Shown here: positions 60,076 to 64,000 of the stretch, piece after piece
Layout of the letters: each line of letters starts with the position of its first letter
Position numbering within the stretch: the stretch's first letter is position 1
Assembly (NCBI RefSeq): GCF_963921235.1
Contig: NC_086097.1
Coordinates: forward strand, 104,658,001-104,722,000
Source of the DNA: Mobula hypostoma
Lineage: Eukaryota
DNA: 64,000 nucleotides
Direction of reading: 5' to 3'
Made by a program: the position numbers and the translations under genes
The notes under the pieces: generated by a model
Database searches by the model: none
What the model saw: the letters and a program-made list of their open reading frames with translations, nothing else
Told to the model about the DNA's origin: nothing

Positions 60076-62785
60076 CCCTTCAGCCAAAAGGGTCGGGGGG
60101 GGGGTTCACCTGTAGCAGTGGGGACCCTGGTGAGCCAGCCAATATTCCCTTTCAACACCCGACCCCGGATGCAGCTTCAAGCCACTCTGTGTCATAATCA
60201 ACAGTCCTTGCCTCTGCTAGCGCTAGTGGACTCTGGCGCAGAGGGAAACTTCCTGGACGAAAACCTAGCCCTCCAAGCCGGTATTTCTCGTGAGCCCCTG
60301 AGTACCCCCCGGATGCCACTAGACTCCTGGCCCGTGTCATGCACTGCACAGAACCCCTGCTTCTCCTTCTCTCCAGAAACCATTGGGAACAGATACAGTT
60401 CAATCTAATCTCCTCTCCTCAGGCCCCTTTAGTTCTCAGCCACCCGTGGCTAAGCTGTCATAACCCCCACATCGACTGGTCTACCGGGAAGATAGCTGGA
60501 GCTTGTTCTGCCATTCCTCTCGCCCGCAATCAGCCCTTCCTCCAGTGGAGATCATGCGACCTTGTCTGCCTCTGAGCCCCCCGACTTATCCACAGTTCCC
60601 GTAGGATATCATGATCTTGGAGAGGTGTTTAGCAAGCAACGGGCCCTTTCTCCACCTCCACATTGCCATTACGACTGCACAATTGACCTTCTCCCTGGAG
60701 CCTCCTTACCCACCAGTCGGCTGTATAGCTATGGAGACGTGCGTAAATGACTCCCAAGTGGCTGGCATCATCTGACTCTCATCTTCCCCCGTAGGCACTG
60801 GTTTCTTCTTTGTGGCAAAAAAAGACGGCTCGCTACGCTCATGCATCCACTACCGTGGCCTGAACAACATTACCATAAAAAATAAGTATCCCCTGCCGCT
60901 GATCAACTCAGCATTCGAGCCCCTTCACGGAGACACTGTATTCACTAAAATGGACTTGCAGAATGCCTATCACTTGGTCAGGATACAAGAGGGAGATGAA
61001 TGGAAGACAGCCTTCAACACCCCACTCGGCCATTTTGAATACCTGGTGATGCCTTTCGGCCTGACCAACACTCCCGCGGTGTTCCAGGCTCTGGTCAACG
61101 ACGTCCTTAGGGACTTTATCAACCGATTTGTCTTCATTTATCTGGACAATATCCTAATCTTCTCCCGCAATCTCCAGGAGCACACCCTCCATGTCCGCCA
61201 GGTTCTTCAGAGGCAGGAAAACAAACTATTTGTAAGGCCGAGAAATGCGAATTCCATGCCCGTTCCACCAGTTTCCTGGGGTACATCATTGAAAGCGGGC
61301 AGGTGAGGATGGATCCCGAAAAGATCTGGGCGGTGGCAGAGTGGCCCAACCACACTTCGCTTAAACAACTCGAGCGATTTCTGGGATTCGCCAATTTCTA
61401 CCATTGCTTCATCACAGACTACAGCTGGGTGGCAGCGCCCCTTACCCAGCTCACCTCTCCTGCGACCCCCTTCCACTGGACTCCCGAAGCGAACTCAGCC
61501 TTTTCGGAGCTGAAGAGGCGTTTCACCGCCACTCCCATCCTGGTCCAGCCTGCCCCCCCCCCCCCGCCAGTTCATAGTGGAGGTGGATGCCTCCGACACT
61601 GGGATGGGGGCGGTCCTCTCTCAACGCTCCATCCCAGACCAAAAGCTCCATCCCTGTGCTTTCTTCTCTCGCCATCTATCCCCCGATGAACGTAACTACG
61701 ACGTTGGGAATCGTGAGTTGCTGGCTGTCAAACTCGCCTTGGAGGAGTGGAGGCACTGGCTGGAGGGAGCAGAACACCCATTCATTGTTTGGATGGACCA
61801 TAAGATCCTGGCATACATTCAGACAGCTAACCGCCTTAACTCTCGCCAGGCCTGTTGGGCACTGTTCTTTGACCGCTTCAATTTCACCCCCACCTACCGT
61901 CCTGGTTCCATGAACGTAAAGCCAGATGTTCTCTCTTGCCAGTACGTCTCCGAGGAGGGTCCTTCCAATTCTGATTCCATCCTGTGTCATGGCTGCTCTC
62001 ACCTGGGAGATCGAGTCCGTAGTTAGAGAGGACCAACAGACTCAGACAGACCCAGGCAATGCTCCCCCCTCCCCAGTCGTCTCTTCGTGCCTGACTCTGT
62101 CTGTTCACAGGTTCTTCAGTGGGGACATACTTCCCGGTTCCCCTGCCATCCTGGAATCGGTCGCACCCTGTCCCTTTTAAAGCAACATCTCTGGTGGTCC
62201 ACCAAAGATGTTGACACTTGCTCCTTTGTCTCTGCCTGTACAATGTGTGCTGCGGTAAAGCCTCCCATCGGCCACCTGCTGGGTTGCTTCGTCCCCTACC
62301 TGTCCCTAGCCGCCCTTGGTCCCACATAGCTCTCGATTTCATCACTGGTCTACCCCCTTCACATGGTAATACAGCTATATTGTGGACCGTTTTTCCAAAG
62401 CCGTGCACTTCATAGCCCTTCCCAAATTCCCTACAGCCCGTGAAACAGCCGACCTCCTTGTACAACACGTCTTCCGCCTTCATGGAATTCCCTCCGACAT
62501 CGTTTCTGACCAGGGGCCTCAGTTCATCTCCCAAGTCTGGAAGTCCTTCTGTCAAGCCCTCGGAGCTTCAGTTAGTCTGTCTTCCGGTTTCCATCCACAG
62601 ACGAATGGTCAGATGGAGTGAGCCAATCAGGATTTGGAAGAAGCACTGCGCTGCATTTCCGCCAGTAACCCGTCATCCTGGAGCACATATGCCCACAACT
62701 CCCTGACCAGCACCACCACCATTATGTCCCCTTTCAAATGTTCTCTTGGCTATCAACCCCCTCTGTTTCCTGCCCACAAAGACAA

Positions 62786-62874
62786 CTGATGATCATAACA
62801 CCATCTCAAAGCAGTCCTCGTCTCTCTCTCTCTTTTCCCTTCTCTCTCTCTTTTGAAAACAACATGTCGGTGTT

Positions 62875-62906
<32 letters not shown>

Positions 62907-63042
62907 TTTCAAAAGCACAGAGGTAATTCTGGACCTTGTCACACCCGCTTCCTTCAGAAAAAAAATTTTTGATGAAGGCGAAAATTTTTTTTAGTCTATA
63001 TGTAAATTACAGAGTTTGAAACAATACCTGTATGATCATCAG
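62786..63042 (-). mobile_element. Fragment of another LTR element: end of internal region, PPT and start of 3' LTR
   Basis: Minus strand aaaaattttttttctgaaggaagcggg|TGTGACaagg (PPT 62944-62955, LTR start 62943); (GA)n tracts. Confidence 0.5.
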
Positions 63043-63044
63043 AT

Positions 63045-64000
63045 ATTGGGTCTATGGTCTCACCCCTAAGCTCTACTGTCTGTAGTCTATGGTTTTTCTT
63101 CCAAGCTCTGCAGTCTGAGGTCTATGGTCTATGGCCTAAGGTCTACAGTCTGAGCTCTATGATCTGTCCTCTATGGTCGCTGACCTAAGCTGTATGCTCT
63201 GCAGTTTGTGTTCTGGGGTCTCTGGCCTATGCTGTCCTATTTGTGCTATATGAACTCTGGTCTACGGTCTCTGGCCTAACCTCTATAGCCTGTGGTGTGT
63301 GGCCTCTGACCTTATCTCCACAGTCTGTGGTCTCTGGTCTTTAGCAGAAGCTCTTCGATCTGTTGTCTTGGTTTGTGGCCCGTGATCTCTGGCCCAAACT
63401 CATCGAACTGTGTTCTACAGTGTGTGGTCTATCGTCTCCAGTCTAAGCTCGATTGCCTGTTCTCTACTGTCTGTAGTCTCTGGTCACTCATAGAAGCTCT
63501 GTGGTCTATGGTCAATGGCCTATGCTGTACAGTCTGTGCTCTATGATCTGTCATCTATGCTCTCTGATCTAAGCTCTATGGACTATGTCCTAGATTCTGT
63601 GGTCTCTGGTCTCTGGTCTCTGGTCTAAGCTCTACGATCTGTGCTATACAGACTGTGGTCTATGGTCTCTGGCAGTCGTTCAACAGTCTGTGGTCTATGG
63701 TTTCTAGCCGAAGCTCTTCGGTCTGTGCTCTATGGTTGGTGGTCTGTGGTCTCTGGCCTAAGCTTTATGGTCTGTGGCCTATGGTTTCTGGCCTAAGCTC
63801 GACAGTCTGTGGTCTATGTTCTCTAGCTGAAGCTCATCGGTTTATGCTTTACGATTTGTGTCCTATGGTCTCTAGCCTTCACTCTTCGAACTGTTTTCTG
63901 TGGTCTATGGTCTCTAGGTTAAGCTCTACTGCCTGTAGTCTATGGTTTTCCTTCCAAGCTCTGCGTTCTGTGGTCTATGGTCACTGGCCTAAGCTCTACG
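63045..64000 (+). repeat. Heptamer satellite, forward orientation; runs off the window
   Basis: ctatggt ctctggc ctaagct units. Confidence 0.88.

Larger units (their letters stand above)
58378..62785 (+). mobile_element. Tf1/sushi-group Ty3/Gypsy retrotransposon, 3'-truncated within integrase
   Basis: 5' LTR; gag; CLYCGQSRHFLATC; ALVDSGAEGNF; RT ([25 protein letters not shown]); RNase H ([17 protein letters not shown]); integrase ([21 protein letters not shown]). Confidence 0.92.

Overview
Vertebrate genomic DNA, most likely a cartilaginous fish such as a ray or shark (inferred from the repeat families and gene style). Almost all of the window is repeats. The only host gene is the 5' part of a tandem C2H2 zinc-finger gene on the minus strand at the left edge. 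Its probable promoter and first exon lie in a CpG-rich, NRF1-motif-rich island at about 32.4-33.0 kb, which implies an intron of about 32 kb. That putative intron holds a four-level nest whose junctions can be rejoined: CR1(-) contains CR1(+), which contains a near full-length L1(+), which contains four CR1 copies and a Gmr1-type LTR retrotransposon (order PR-IN-RT-RH, SCAN-like Gag, tRNA-Pro PBS). Right of the island are more nested CR1s, Penelope-like GIY-YIG elements with minimal hammerhead motifs, a solo LTR and pyrimidine-rich tracts. A 7-bp-period satellite and a ~370-bp tandem repeat both invert around about 52.6 kb. A Tf1/sushi-type Gypsy element shows a self-priming signature, and its LTR carries a tRNA-Glu(CTC)-derived Pol III-like cassette; the same arms, with compensatory stem changes, recur in a second LTR remnant at about 45.6 kb. 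That cassette is the most unusual signal found. No prokaryotic systems or CRISPR arrays are present.
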